This document shows, one piece after another, positions 23,216-34,669 of a stretch of 64,000 bases of DNA. How positions within the stretch are numbered: position 1 is the first letter of the stretch; each line of letters opens with the position of its first letter. Source of the stretch: an uncultured Actinomycetota bacterium (GTDB lineage: Bacteria > Actinomycetota > Actinomycetes > Mycobacteriales > Mycobacteriaceae); the NCBI GenBank assembly GCA_963743225.1, contig CAVUPN010000010.1:16084-80083 (forward strand). The letters are read 5' to 3'. The position numbers were made by a program, and so were the translations under genes. Below the pieces are notes generated by a model. That model did no database searches and was not told the origin of the DNA. It worked only from the letters and a program-made list of their open reading frames with translations.

Positions 23216-25461
23216 CCGTCTTCTCCAACAACGCCACCGGTGTTTCGTTGAGCAGCTCGGATACGTTGAGTCGGCCGCTATACCTATGACCGGTGAGGAT
23301 CTCGGTCCACTCTCCGTTCGGGAGCGTCAGGAACGTGTCGCCCCAGCCGGTTTCGCTCAGCCGAACGGTGTGGCGGCTGACCGCGACGAGCACGTCGTCC
23401 CCGCGCAGAAACGCGACGAGATGCTCGGCGGACTCTCCCTGGGCGAGCACTGGCGTGTAGCCGCCCGACAGGAAGGTGTCGGGTCGCGCTCTGCGCAGAC
23501 GCAGAGCGGCGGCGACGACGCACATCTTCGCGTCGTTGCGGGCCGCGAGCGCTTCCCGCCGTCGCGCATAGTCCACCGGCCTGCGGTTGTCGGGATCGAC
23601 GAGGCTGTCGTCGAACAGCTCGGTGCCCTGGTACACGTCGGGAACGCCGGGGACGGTGAGCGCCAACAGCTTCTGGCCGAGTGCGTCGCAGATGGCGTCG
23701 GCCTGCAGTTGGGTGACGAGTCCGCTGAGTTCGACTCCGACCGGACCGTCGACGACCTCGTCGAGCCATCTGTGTACGGCGGCCTCGAATTCTTCGTTCG
23801 GCTGGTGCCAGTAGGTGTGGACTGCCGCTTCCCGCATTGCCTTCTCGGCGTAGTCGTGCAGTCGAGCCCTCAACTGATCGGTGACGACTCCGTCGGCCGG
23901 CCACACACCGAAGACGTTCTGCAACAGGAACAGTGCGGTCGACTCGTCGGGCCACGGCGTGGCCAGCGCCCACCTGCCCGTCAGTTCGTTCCACAGAGCG
24001 GGCACCTGTGACAGCACCCCGATGCGGGCGCGCACGTCCTCACTTCGCTTGGTGTCGTGAGTCGACAGCGAAACCATGGCCTGCGGCCACAACCGTGCCC
24101 GCACCGCGGCGGCATGGTGGAACTCGGCGGGGTCGACCCCGAAGCGGTCGGGTTCGCCGCCGACCTCGTTGAGCGCCACCAACCGCGTGTCCCGGTAGAA
24201 CAGGCAGTCCTCCACGGCCTTGGCGGTCACCGCCCCGCATAGCTGTTGGAGTCGCGTCGCGGGTTCGGTGTGCTCGAGGGCCGCCGAGACCAACCGAAGC
24301 GGTCGGGCCAACTCCGGTGTGGTGCTTGCGGTCTCGGCGAGCGCAGTCGTCATCACCGCGGACATTCCGCGGTAGTCGCAGCGGTAGACGTCGAGGTGGG
24401 TGAGCAGGGCGGCGACGGCATCGGGAAGCCCCGGCTGGTCGGTTCCCACCGCCCTGACAATGGCGCGGTGCAGTCGGGCCAGCTCGCTGCCCAGTGTTTC
24501 GGTGGCAGCGAACATCTTCAGTCGAGCGGCACTGTCGGGCGGCTCGCCTCGACGTCAGCGCACCCGCCGGGTCGATGAAGACGCCTCCGATTTCGCGCAG
24601 TGCGTCATACCCGGTGGTTCCCGCCACCGGCAGTGTAGGTTCGAGCGCTTCGTCGACCGCCAGGATCTTCTCGATGACGATCCACGCGTCGGGACCGGTG
24701 ATCTCGCGCAGCCACGTGAGATAGCCGGCCGGGTCGGACAGTCCGTCCGGGTGGTCGATGCGCACGCCGTCGACCAGACCTTCGTCGAACCAGCGTTTCA
24801 CTTCCACATGGGTGGCGTCGAAAACGGCACGGTCTTCCTGGCGCAGACCGGCCAGCGAGGTGATCGAGAAGAACCGGCGGTAACCGCAGACGCCGTTGCG
24901 CCAGCCGATCAGGCGGTAGTGCTGACGGTCGTGCACCTCGGGCCCGGTGCCCGATCCGGTCCCCGGTGCGATGGGATAGGCGAGGTCGCCGAGCCGCAGC
25001 ACATCCCCGTCCACCACGAGGTCGGCGACATCGTCGTCGGAACCCAACACCGGCAGCACAATTCGGCTGCGCTCGTCCAACTCCCAGTCGATATCGAAGT
25101 ACGACGCGTACGCCGAGTCCCGGCCGTTCTTCAGCACGTCCCACCACCACGCGTTCTCTTCCGGTGAGCCGACGCCGAGGTGGTTGGGAACGATGTCGAC
25201 GACCAGGCCCATGCCGCGCGATCGCGCCGCCGCCGACAACCGGGCCAGTCCCTCGGCGCCACCCAGCTCCGCAGAAACGGTGGTGGGATCGGTGACGTCG
25301 TACCCGTGCGTCGAGCCGCGCACCGCGGTCAGGATCGGAGACAGGTACAGGTGCGTCACGCCAAGGTCGTCAAGGTAGGGCACCAGGTCCTCGGCGTCGG
25401 CGAAAGTGAAACAGTCGCCGCGCATCTGCAGTCGGTACGTCGACAGCACGCGAGAAGCCAT
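23208..25461 (-). pseudogene. treY: Malto-oligosyltrehalose synthase split by one frameshift
   Basis: The N-terminal half is in ORF 24040..25461 (to ...GGVFIDPAGAL, then nonsense). The C-terminal half is in ORF 23208..24515 (FAATETLGSELARL...). The shift lies between about 24520 and 24557. There is an 8-nt overlap with the treZ start. Confidence 0.85.
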
Positions 25462-25464
25462 GCG

Positions 25465-27615
25465 TCAGGCGGTCTTACGCAGCACCAGAAGGGACCGTGG
25501 TTGCAACGAGATCTTTTCGCCCGCGGCAACCACGATCTCTGTGTCACCCTGTGGGTCGGCCGTGTCGAGTTCGGCGGTCCACTGCTTGGCGTAGGCAAGC
25601 TTGGGTGCGATGAAGTCCTGCTCCTCGTCATGGGCGTTGAAGCACAGCAGGAAGGAGTCGTCGACCACCCGCTCGCCGCGTTCGTTCGGTGCCGGGATCG
25701 CCTCGCCGTTGAGGAACACCGCCACGCACTTGTCGAGGCCCGTACCCCAGTCCTCCGGTGTCATCTCCGTGCCCGCCGGCGTGAGCCAGGCGATGTCGCG
25801 GACCTGGTCGCCGCTGCGGATCGGCTTACCTTCGAAGAAGCGCCGGCGGCGAAACACGGGGTGGTTCTTCCGCAACTCGGTCACCTTGCGGGTGAACGCC
25901 AGCTGGTCGGCGTTGGTCTCGCACAGCGACCAGTCCATCCAGCTCGTCTCGGAGTCCTGGCAGTAGACGTTGTTGTTGCCCTTCTGGGTACGGCCGATCT
26001 CGTCGCCGTGCGACAGCATCGGGGTGCCCTGCGAGAGCACCAGCGTGCCCATGATGTTGCGCATCTGCCTGGCCCGCAGCGCCAGGATGTCCGGATCGTC
26101 GGTCGGGCCTTCGACACCGCAGTTCCACGACCGGTTGTGGCTCTCGCCGTCCCGGTTGTCCTCTCCGTTGGCCTCGTTGTGCTTTTCGTTGTAGGACACC
26201 AGGTCGTTCAGGGTGAACCCGTCATGACAGGTGACGAAGTTGATGCTGGCGCTGGGCCGGCGCCCGGTGTCTTCGTACAGGTCCGACGAGCCGGTCAGCC
26301 GGGAGGCGAATTCGCCAAGGGTCGCGGGTTCGCCCCGCCAATAGTCACGCACGGTGTCGCGATACTTCCCGTTCCACTCGGTCCACAAACCTGGGAAGTT
26401 GCCGACCTGGTAGCCGCCCTCGCCGATGTCCCACGGCTCGGCGATCAGCTTCACCTGGCTGACCACCGGATCCTGCTGCACCAGATCGAAGAACGCGCTC
26501 AGCCGGTCGACGTCGTAGAACTCGCGGGCAAGGGTGGCCGCCAGGTCGAAGCGGAAACCGTCGACGTGCATCTCCAGCACCCAGTACCGCAGCGAGTCCA
26601 TGATCAGCTGCAGGGTGTGCGGATGACGGGCGTTGAGACTGTTGCCGGTGCCGGTGAAATCCTTGTAGAGCTTCAGGTCTCCGTCGAGCAGTCGGTAGTA
26701 GGCGGCGTTGTCTATACCGCGAAAATTGATCGTAGGTCCGAGATGATCGCCTTCGGCCGTGTGGTTGTAGACGACGTCGAGGATCACCTCGATGCCCGCC
26801 TCGTGGAACGAACGCACCATGGTTTTGAACTCGGCGACGGCGCCGCCCGCGTGCGGGCTGGACGAGTACTGATAATGCGGGGCGAAGAATCCAAAGGTGT
26901 TGTAGCCCCAGTAGTTTCGCAGTCCCAGGTCCATCAGCCGGTGGTCGTGCAGGAATTGGTGCACCGGCATCAGCTCGATCGCGGTGACGTTCAGCGACTT
27001 CAGGTGGTCGATGACGGCCGGATGCCCCAGCCCGGCGTAGGTGCCGCGCAGCCCCTCGGGAATGCCCGGGTGGGTCTGCGTCATGCCCTTGACATGCGCC
27101 TCATAGATGACCGTCTCGTGGTACGGCGTGCGCGGAGCGCGGTCGGACGCCCAGCCGAAGTAGGGATTGATGACAACGCTGGTCATGGTGTGGCCGAGCG
27201 AGTCGATCCCCGGTGGCGTTCCGGTAGCAGCCGGATCGGCCCTGGCGACCGCTAGGTCGTACGAGTACAGCGCCTGCGTGAACTCGAAGTCGCCGTGAAA
27301 GGACTTCCCGTACGGGTCCAGCAGCAGCTTGCTTGGGTCGCAGCGGTGCCCGGCTTCCGGATCCCACGGCCCGTGCACGCGGAAGCCGTACCGCTGGCCG
27401 GGGGTCACCGTCGGCAGATAGGCGTGCCAGACGTATCCGTCCACCTCGTCGAGGTTGATCCGGTCCTCGGTACCGTCCTTGGCGATCAGGCACAGCTCGA
27501 CCTTCTCGGCGACCTCGGAGAACAGCGAGAAATTGGTGCCCGCGCCGTCGTAGGTGGCGCCGAGCGGGTACGGCGTACCTGGCCACACCGTCGTCGTCGC
27601 GGGAGTCGAGGCCAT
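25465..27615 (-). CDS. glgX: Glycogen debranching enzyme GlgX/TreX
   Basis: 716 aa in a single frame. MASTPATTTVWPGTPYPLGATYDGAGTNFSLFS is the canonical GlgX N-terminus and GH13 catalytic blocks are present. Confidence 0.92.
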   Translation of the reverse strand: MASTPATTTVWPGTPYPLGATYDGAGTNFSLFSEVAEKVELCLIAKDGTEDRINLDEVDGYVWHAYLPTVTPGQRYGFRVHGPWDPEAGHRCDPSKLLLDPYGKSFHGDFEFTQALYSYDLAVARADPAATGTPPGIDSLGHTMTSVVINPYFGWASDRAPRTPYHETVIYEAHVKGMTQTHPGIPEGLRGTYAGLGHPAVIDHLKSLNVTAIELMPVHQFLHDHRLMDLGLRNYWGYNTFGFFAPHYQYSSSPHAGGAVAEFKTMVRSFHEAGIEVILDVVYNHTAEGDHLGPTINFRGIDNAAYYRLLDGDLKLYKDFTGTGNSLNARHPHTLQLIMDSLRYWVLEMHVDGFRFDLAATLAREFYDVDRLSAFFDLVQQDPVVSQVKLIAEPWDIGEGGYQVGNFPGLWTEWNGKYRDTVRDYWRGEPATLGEFASRLTGSSDLYEDTGRRPSASINFVTCHDGFTLNDLVSYNEKHNEANGEDNRDGESHNRSWNCGVEGPTDDPDILALRARQMRNIMGTLVLSQGTPMLSHGDEIGRTQKGNNNVYCQDSETSWMDWSLCETNADQLAFTRKVTELRKNHPVFRRRRFFEGKPIRSGDQVRDIAWLTPAGTEMTPEDWGTGLDKCVAVFLNGEAIPAPNERGERVVDDSFLLCFNAHDEEQDFIAPKLAYAKQWTAELDTADPQGDTEIVVAAGEKISLQPRSLLVLRKTA

Positions 27616-27655
27616 CAGTCGACCTTATCGGCGTCGGTGATCCGACGCGCGGTGG

Positions 27656-29830
27656 TCACCACCAGCGGGTGGCAGCCCTGATCTGACGTCCCAGCTCGTT
27701 GGCCATCGTGCGCATGTACGTCTTGGATATGTGGTGAGAATCGTGGTACAGCAGGACGTTTCCTTCGACGGCGCGGCAGACGTCCCTGCGGCATACCGCA
27801 TCGCTCATATCCAGCGGCTTCAGCAACGGGAACCGTGCCACCCACGCCTCGGTGGGATTGGTCCGGGACAGCACATCCGCGCGCCTGATCCCGCACGAAA
27901 TGCCGTTGCCGCCGTCGGCAAGGCAGTCGGCTGGGAAGAACGGCTGGCTCCTGCGCACCAGCCATGGGGTGTCCCGCATCGCCAACATCGGAATGTTGTT
28001 CTGCGACAGCGTTTGCCAGATTCCGACATAGGTGCCCGGCATGACATCGCCTGCCTTGATGTTCCACGGCCGAGTGGCTGTGGTGAACACAAAATCGGGG
28101 CGATCGCGGATGAGTTTGTTCATCACCCGTTCGTTCCAGGTGCGGCACTTGGGGTAGGGCCGGTTGTCGCCCATCACCAGCGGGACTTGCTCGGTGGTCA
28201 GCGGGCAGCCCATCTTCAGGTAGGTGACCACCTTGAAGTGGTGCTGCCGTCCAAGCAGGTCCAGCGCCGTGATCCAGTGCTCGGCATGTGACCCGCCGGC
28301 CAGCGCGATGGTTCGGGTGGCCGACTTGTCGCCGTAGGCGCAGTTGACGACGTTGACGTTGTCGAAGTCGCTGATGCAGCCGTCCTCGGTGGTTTCCGGG
28401 AGGTCCTCCTTGGCCTCAAGCACCGTCGGCCGCATCGACACGTCGGGGGGCACCTTCGCGTTGTCGAGCAACGCGTGGGCGCCGGGATAGTCGTGCAGAT
28501 CCAGTCCGGTCAACGTCTGGGCGTTCGCACTCTGCATGAGGACGTGCTCACGCCAGCTGAACGACGTCGCCGTCAGTGCCACCCCCAGCAGAGCCACCAC
28601 CGCGCCGAGGGCGATCGTGGGCCTGCGCAGCCGCGTGTGCAGCGGAATCTTCACGGACGGCCCGATATCGGCGGTGGTGGCGCGGTAGCGCAACGGGGTC
28701 TCCACGTATTTGGTGGTCAGGTAGGCCAGCAGGACGGACACCAGCAGCACCCCTGCGCCATCGAGGAAGCCGACGCGCGAGCTGTCCGTGTAGGCAAGCC
28801 AGAAGATCAGCAGCGGCCAGTGCCACAGGTACAGCGAGTAGGCGATGGATCCGAGCCACACGAACGGCGCGGTGGCCAGCAGCCGGTTGGGGAAGGGCAG
28901 CTTGCCGCCGGTATGCGGGTCGGCGAACCGATTGGCGCCGGTGAGGATGAACAGCATGGTGGCGCCGACGGGAACCAGCGCCCACGGCCCGGGGAACTCT
29001 TTCACGCCGTTGATCAGGGCGCCGCAGGACAGGATCGCGGCCAGGGCGGCCACCGCGATCGTCGAGCGCAGCCACATCGGCCAGCGGATGTAACCGACCA
29101 CCGCCCCCACCAGCGCACCGAGCAGCAATTCCCATCCGCGCGCGAAACTGTTGTAATACGCCGTCGCCTGGTCGGCATTGTGAGCAAATATCGCGTAGAC
29201 GAAAGAAGCGATGGTCAACGCGCTCAACAGCACGACGAGTGAAACCCGCATGTACTTGCCGAACATCCGGCGGAAGAGAAGGGCGAACACGAAGATCAGC
29301 GCAAGGAACGCGATGTAGAACTGGCCCTGCACCGACATCGACCAGATGTGCTGCAGCGGACTCACCGCCTCGCCGGCGCGAAGATAATCCGAAGCGGTGT
29401 TCGCCAATTCCCAATTCTGGAAATAGCCGAGGCTGGCCAGACTTTGGTCAGCAAACGTCTCCCACCGCGTTTCGGGCTGCACCAGAATTGTCAGCACGGC
29501 CGAAGCGGCGAGCACGACAACCAGCGCGGGCAACAGCCGGCGAACCAATCGCATCACCTCGGGAACCGGCCACAACGACGCACCAGGCGTCAGCGCGGTC
29601 CGCAGCAGACGCCCGCCGAAGAAAAACCCCGACAGCGCGAGGAAAACGTCGACACCGCCCGAAACGCGACCGAACCAGACGTGGAATACCGCTACGAGGG
29701 CGATCGCGATGCCGCGCAGGCCATCGAGATCGTGTCGGTAGAAACCGGACTTCCGGTCAGCGGTCGGTGCGCCCGATACTGGTCCCCTCGCGATAACCGG
29801 TGCCGGGCGGGGTGGGGCGATGGTCATCAT
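27656..29830 (-). CDS. Membrane acyltransferase (acyltransferase_3 domain plus C-terminal SGNH-like domain, Rv1565c-like)
   Basis: 724 aa. The N-terminal part has about 10 TM segments and the FRHDLDGLRGIAI-type motif (FYRHDLDGLRGIAIALV). The C-terminal domain is soluble. Confidence 0.85.
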   Translation of the reverse strand: MMTIAPPRPAPVIARGPVSGAPTADRKSGFYRHDLDGLRGIAIALVAVFHVWFGRVSGGVDVFLALSGFFFGGRLLRTALTPGASLWPVPEVMRLVRRLLPALVVVLAASAVLTILVQPETRWETFADQSLASLGYFQNWELANTASDYLRAGEAVSPLQHIWSMSVQGQFYIAFLALIFVFALLFRRMFGKYMRVSLVVLLSALTIASFVYAIFAHNADQATAYYNSFARGWELLLGALVGAVVGYIRWPMWLRSTIAVAALAAILSCGALINGVKEFPGPWALVPVGATMLFILTGANRFADPHTGGKLPFPNRLLATAPFVWLGSIAYSLYLWHWPLLIFWLAYTDSSRVGFLDGAGVLLVSVLLAYLTTKYVETPLRYRATTADIGPSVKIPLHTRLRRPTIALGAVVALLGVALTATSFSWREHVLMQSANAQTLTGLDLHDYPGAHALLDNAKVPPDVSMRPTVLEAKEDLPETTEDGCISDFDNVNVVNCAYGDKSATRTIALAGGSHAEHWITALDLLGRQHHFKVVTYLKMGCPLTTEQVPLVMGDNRPYPKCRTWNERVMNKLIRDRPDFVFTTATRPWNIKAGDVMPGTYVGIWQTLSQNNIPMLAMRDTPWLVRRSQPFFPADCLADGGNGISCGIRRADVLSRTNPTEAWVARFPLLKPLDMSDAVCRRDVCRAVEGNVLLYHDSHHISKTYMRTMANELGRQIRAATRWW

Positions 29831-29920
29831 GGTCGACGGTAAATGTACCTAAGATCGCGGCGCGGCTCATGTCGCGATGGCGCGGTCACCTTCAACAGCA
29901 AAGGGTTAGGCTCGTCTCCC

Positions 29921-31213
29921 ATGCCCGCGTTGACTCCCGCTGAGATCAGCGCGATCGACGCCGCCCACGTTTGGCATCCCTACAGCCCGATCGGCGCCGA
30001 GGCGCTGCCACCGGTGGTCGCCGTCGGAGCGCGCGGCGCGTGGCTGACGCTGATCGACGACGGCACACCGGTCGAGGTGTTCGACGCGATGAGCTCGTGG
30101 TGGACCGCCATCCACGGCCACGGCCACCCGGCACTCGACTACGCCATCGCTTCCCAGCTGGCCAGGATGAACCACGTCATGTTCGGCGGCCTCACCCACG
30201 AGCCGGCGGCCAGGCTGGCCCAGCTGCTGGTGGGGATCACCCCCGACGGGCTGGACACCGTGTTCTTCAGCGACTCCGGCTCGGTCTCGGTCGAGGTCGC
30301 GGTGAAGATGGCCCTGCAGTACTGGCGCAGCCTCGACCGTCCGGGCAAACACCGGCTGATGACGTGGCGCGGCGGCTATCACGGCGACACCTTCACCCCG
30401 ATGAGCGTGTGCGACCCGGACGGCGGCATGCACTCGCTGTGGACCGACATCCTGGCCCACCAGGTTTTCGCCCCGCAGGTGCCCGCCGACTATGACCCCG
30501 GCTACAGCGCCGCCTTCGAAAAGCAGTTGGCCGAGCACGCCGAGGAACTCGCCGCGGTCATCGTCGAGCCCGTCGTACAGGGCGCCGGCGGCATGCGGTT
30601 CCATGACCCGCGGTACCTGACCGACCTGCGGGAGATGTGCACCCGCCACGAGGTACTTCTGATCTTCGACGAGATCGCCACCGGCTTCGGCCGCACCGGT
30701 GAGCTGTTCGCCGCCGACCATGCCGGGGTGAGCCCGGACATCATGTGCGTCGGCAAGGCGCTCACCGGTGGCTATATCACCCTGGCGGCCACGTTGTGCA
30801 CGACGCACATCGCGCACACGATCAGCAGTCACGAGCCGGGGGCGTTGATGCACGGCCCGACGTTCATGGCGAACCCGCTGGCGTGCTCGGTGGCGGTGGC
30901 ATCGGTCGAGCTGCTGCTCGACGGGGACTGGCGGGCACGGGTTCTCGAGATCGAGGAGGGCCTGCGCGCCGGTCTCGAGCCGGCGCGGTCGCTGCCCGGC
31001 GTGGCCGATGTCCGGGTGCTCGGCGCCATCGGCGTGATCGAAATGGCCAAGCCGGTCGACATGCCGGTGGCCACCGCCGCCGCGCTTGCGCAGGGCATTT
31101 GGCTGCGCCCGTTCCGCAACCTGGTCTACGCCATGCCGCCGTACATCTGCACGCCGGACGAGATCGGGCAGATCACTTCCGCGATGGTGGCGGTCGCCGA
31201 TTCCCTGGGATGA
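29921..31213 (+). CDS. bioA: Adenosylmethionine-8-amino-7-oxononanoate aminotransferase
   Basis: I trimmed ORF 29843..31213 to the ATG at 29921 ([22 protein letters not shown]), giving 430 aa. Class III aminotransferase with the PLP lysine in [12 protein letters not shown]. Confidence 0.92.
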   Translation: MPALTPAEISAIDAAHVWHPYSPIGAEALPPVVAVGARGAWLTLIDDGTPVEVFDAMSSWWTAIHGHGHPALDYAIASQLARMNHVMFGGLTHEPAARLAQLLVGITPDGLDTVFFSDSGSVSVEVAVKMALQYWRSLDRPGKHRLMTWRGGYHGDTFTPMSVCDPDGGMHSLWTDILAHQVFAPQVPADYDPGYSAAFEKQLAEHAEELAAVIVEPVVQGAGGMRFHDPRYLTDLREMCTRHEVLLIFDEIATGFGRTGELFAADHAGVSPDIMCVGKALTGGYITLAATLCTTHIAHTISSHEPGALMHGPTFMANPLACSVAVASVELLLDGDWRARVLEIEEGLRAGLEPARSLPGVADVRVLGAIGVIEMAKPVDMPVATAAALAQGIWLRPFRNLVYAMPPYICTPDEIGQITSAMVAVADSLG

Positions 31214-31254
31214 AAACACAGGTCAGCGCCGTATCGACGGCCTCCAGATCGTCG

Positions 31255-31398
31255 TCAAACAGGTCGGCATACACGTCCAACGTCTGAGGCCGCTCGCTTG
31301 AGGGCAGTGCGTCCCTTGACCAGTTCCCGCTCGAACTCGGCCATGCTCGCGAGTACTCCGATCACCAGTGACACGATGGTCAGGTGAGCGACGGTCGG
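31255..31398 (-). pseudogene. Serine recombinase (resolvase/invertase) relic, about 45 aa
   Basis: The minus-strand frame reads PTVAHLTIVSLVIGVLASMAEFERELVKGRTALKRAASDVGRV then a stop. (L/V)xxxAEFEREL(I/V)xxRT is the conserved end of the serine-recombinase catalytic domain. No N-terminal catalytic Ser region is present. Confidence 0.45.
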
Positions 31399-31469
31399 AA
31401 CGCCGGAGCGCTAGACGGCCCGAGTCGTGGTGACAGGGCTTCGGTTCGTGAGCTGCGGGAGAGGTCGCG

Positions 31470-34400
31470 ATGACGGCGGCGACAGCCTGCCGTACATGCG
31501 GCACTGAACTCCTCGCGAACGCTGGGTTCTGCCACGGCTGTGGCTCACCCGTTGTCGAGTCAGAAACACATGCGGAGTACAAGCAGGTCACCGTGCTGTT
31601 CGCCGATGTGGTGCGGTCGATGGACATCGCGGCCGCGGTGGATATGGAGCGGTTGCGCGAAATCGTGACCGAGCTCGTGGAGCGCGCGGCGGCGGTGGTG
31701 CAGCGCTACGGCGGGACCGTGGACTACACCGGTGACGGAGTGATGGCGATCTTCGGCGCCCCAATCGCATTGGAGGATCACGCTTTTCGGGCATGCCTGG
31801 CCGCACTGGCCATCCAGGAGGAAGCGACCCGCTTGGCGGCCGAGGTGGCCCGCCGCGACGGCCTGGCGCTGCAGCTGCGGGTCGGCCTGAATTCGGGTCG
31901 GGTGATCGCCGGTGACATCGGTTCGGGCTCGCTGGGGTACGCCGCGACCGGCGAGTCGGTCGGGTTCGCGCAGCGGATGGAATCGGCGGCTCCCCCGGGC
32001 GCGGTGATGCTGTCGGAGTCCACCGCGCGGCTGGTCGAGCGAACGGTCACGCTGGCTGACCCGGAGTGGGTGCGCATCAAGGGTGCCGAGGAACCGGTGC
32101 GCGCGCGCCGGCTGTTGGGGATCGGCCCGCGCGAGGGCCTGGTCGGGCACGCCGAGGCGAGCCTGGTCGGTCGGCGCTGGGAGATGGCGGCCCTCGACGC
32201 CATGGTGGAGCGCATGATCGGTGGCCGCGGTGGAGTCGTGGGCGTGGTGGGGCCGCCGGGTATCGGCAAGTCCCGGGTGGCGCGCGAGGCCGCGGCACTG
32301 GCGGCCGGTCGCGGGGTCGAGGTGTTTTGGACCTTCTGCGAGTCCCACGCAAGCGAAATTTCCTTCTATGTCGTGGCGCGACTGCTGCGAGCGGGCGGCG
32401 GCGTGGCTGACCTCGACGGCGACGCCGCCCGCGCCCGGTTGCGGGCCCTTGTGCCCGCCGATGCCGATCCGCAGGATTTGCTACTGCTGGATGATCTGCT
32501 CGGCATCGCCGACCCCGACGTGGCGCTGCCCCCGATCGACCCGGATGCGCGGCGGCGCCGGCTGACCACACTGATCAACACCACGACGCTGGCCCGCACC
32601 GAACCGGCGCTTTACATCATCGAGGATGCCCACTGGATCGATGCGGTCAGCGAGTCGATGCTGGCCGACTTCCTCACCGTCATTCCGCGCACCCCGTCGA
32701 TGGTGCTGATCACCTCCCGCCCCGAGTACCAGGGAGCGCTGACGCGGGTACACGGCGGACAGACGATCGCCCTTGCCCCTCTCGGTCATTCGGACACCGC
32801 GGTGCTGCTGGGTGAGCTGCTGGGTTCGGATCCCTCGGTGGGCGAGCTGGCGGCGATCATCGCCGAACGGGCCGCCGGGAACCCGTTCTTCGCCGAGGAG
32901 ATGGTGCGCGAGTTGGCCCAGCGCGGGGTGCTGGCCGGTGAGCGCGGCGGCTATGTCTGCCACACGAGCGCCGCCGAGGTGAGCGTGCCGGCCACGGTGC
33001 AGGCGGCCATCGCGGCGCGCATCGACCGGCTGAGCACCCCGGCCAGGCGCACGTTGAACGCGGCGTCGGTGATCGGCGCCCGCTTCGGGGCCGAGCTGCT
33101 GACCGCGCTGGGCATCGATGCGGTGGTCGACGAGCTGCTCGGCGCGGAGCTGATCGATCAGGTGCGGTTCACCCCGAGCGCCGAGTACGCCTTCCGCCAT
33201 CCGCTGATCCGCGCGGTGGCCTACGAATCGCAGCTGAAATCCGATCGCGCCCAATGGCACCGGCGCCTGGCCACGGCTATCCAAGAGCGCGAGCCGGCAG
33301 CAGCCGAGGAGAACGCGGCGCTGATCGCCGAACATCTAGAGGCCGCCGGTGATCTGCATGGCGCGTACGGCTGGCACATGCGCGCCGCCGCGTGGTCAAC
33401 CAACCGCGATCTCGACGCTGCCCGGCTCAGCTGGGAGCGGGCACGCCGCATCGCCGACGCGCTGCCTGCCGACGACCCCGACCAGCTGTCGATGCGCATC
33501 GCCCCCCGCACCATGCTGTGTGCCACCGACTGGCAAGACCGAGCAGTCCAGGAAAGCCGGGGCCGCTTCGCGGAGTTGCGGGAGTTGTGCAGCGCGGCCG
33601 GGGACAAGGTCTCGCTGGCCATCGCCATGACCGGGCCGGCAACCGAGCTCGGCTACGCCGGGCGTTCGCGCGAGGGCTCGCGGCTGGCATCCGAACAGAT
33701 GGCGCTGCTGGAGTCGATCGGCGATCCCACCCCGACCATGGGGTTGGCGTTCGATAGCGTTCACCGACTGGTTCGATGCCGGCGAATTCGGCGAGCTCCT
33801 GCGGTGGTCGCAGACCGTCGTCGACCTGGCCGCCGGCGATCCCGCCAAGGGCGCCGGCTTCGGTGTGGGTCACCGCTGGCGGTCGCGTTGACGTGGCGCG
33901 GTGTTGCTCGGTGGTGGCTGGGCCGTCCCGGGTGGCGCCAAGACCTCGATGACGCCGTCGCGATGGCCCGAACGCAGCGACCCGACAACCCTCGTCGCTG
34001 TCGTCACCTGGGCCTACGGTTGGGCGATTCACTACGGGGTGCTTCGGGCCGATGACTCCGCGGTGCGCGCGATCGAGGAGGCGGTGCAGACCGCCGAAGG
34101 GACCAGCAACGATGTCGCACTGACCGTGGCCGAGTACGCGCTGGGTGGCGTGCTGCTGAGTCGAGACGCCGCGGCCGACCGTCACCGCGGGCTGGAGCTG
34201 ATGGGGCAGTACCACGATATCGCGCTGCGCAGGCAGGCTGGTCTTCAGATGCGTCCCGGTCATCGAGTTGTGGGCCGCCCGGGAGAGGGCCAGGCGCGGC
34301 GACCGCGATGCTGCCATTGCGGTGATGCGCGAGGCCGTGGACGAGCTGCACCAGGCAGGACGGCCCGGATATGGCGTTTGGGGCACCGGCGTTCTGGTGG

Positions 34401-34669
34401 AGACGCTGCTGGAGCGTGGCACCGAGGGCGACCTGGCCGAAGCCCAAGAGGCGATCGACCGGTTGGCGAACGTGTCGGCCGATCAAGGTTCGGCGATGAG
34501 CGAGATCACGCTGCTGCGGCTGCGCGCACTGCTGGCCAAGGCGCACGGCGATGAGGCCGCCCATCGCGACTACCGGGACCGCTACCGCGCCATGGCGACA
34601 TCCCTTGGGTTCGAGGGGCATATCGACTGGGCGAAGGCGATGACCGAGGGCGACACGAGGTCACGGTGA
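31470..34669 (+). pseudogene. Zinc-ribbon / class III adenylate-guanylate cyclase / AAA(STAND) ATPase / TPR regulator with about 4 frameshifts in the TPR region
   Basis: ORF 31470..34055 covers the CxxC..CxxC ribbon, the cyclase domain (VTVLFADVVRSM, GDGVMAIFGAP) and the Walker A (GPPGIGKS). Past about 33750 the conserved sequence hops frames: DWFDAGEFGELLRWSQTVVDLAAGDPAKGAGFGVG (+1), back to frame 0, then ORF 33901..34554, then ORF 34268..34669. Confidence 0.8.

Noticed and set aside
27616-27655. Short hairpin CGTCGG-TGAT-CCGACG between the glgX start and the acyltransferase stop
   Set aside because: The stem is only 6 bp. Such stems are frequent by chance in this composition, so there is no basis for a regulatory call.
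31223-31627. 134-aa minus-strand ORF between bioA and the cyclase gene
   Set aside because: Its translation has no family resemblance and it overlaps the cyclase start. The only meaningful reading in this DNA is the roughly 45-aa serine-recombinase-like peptide in a different minus frame (31255..31398).
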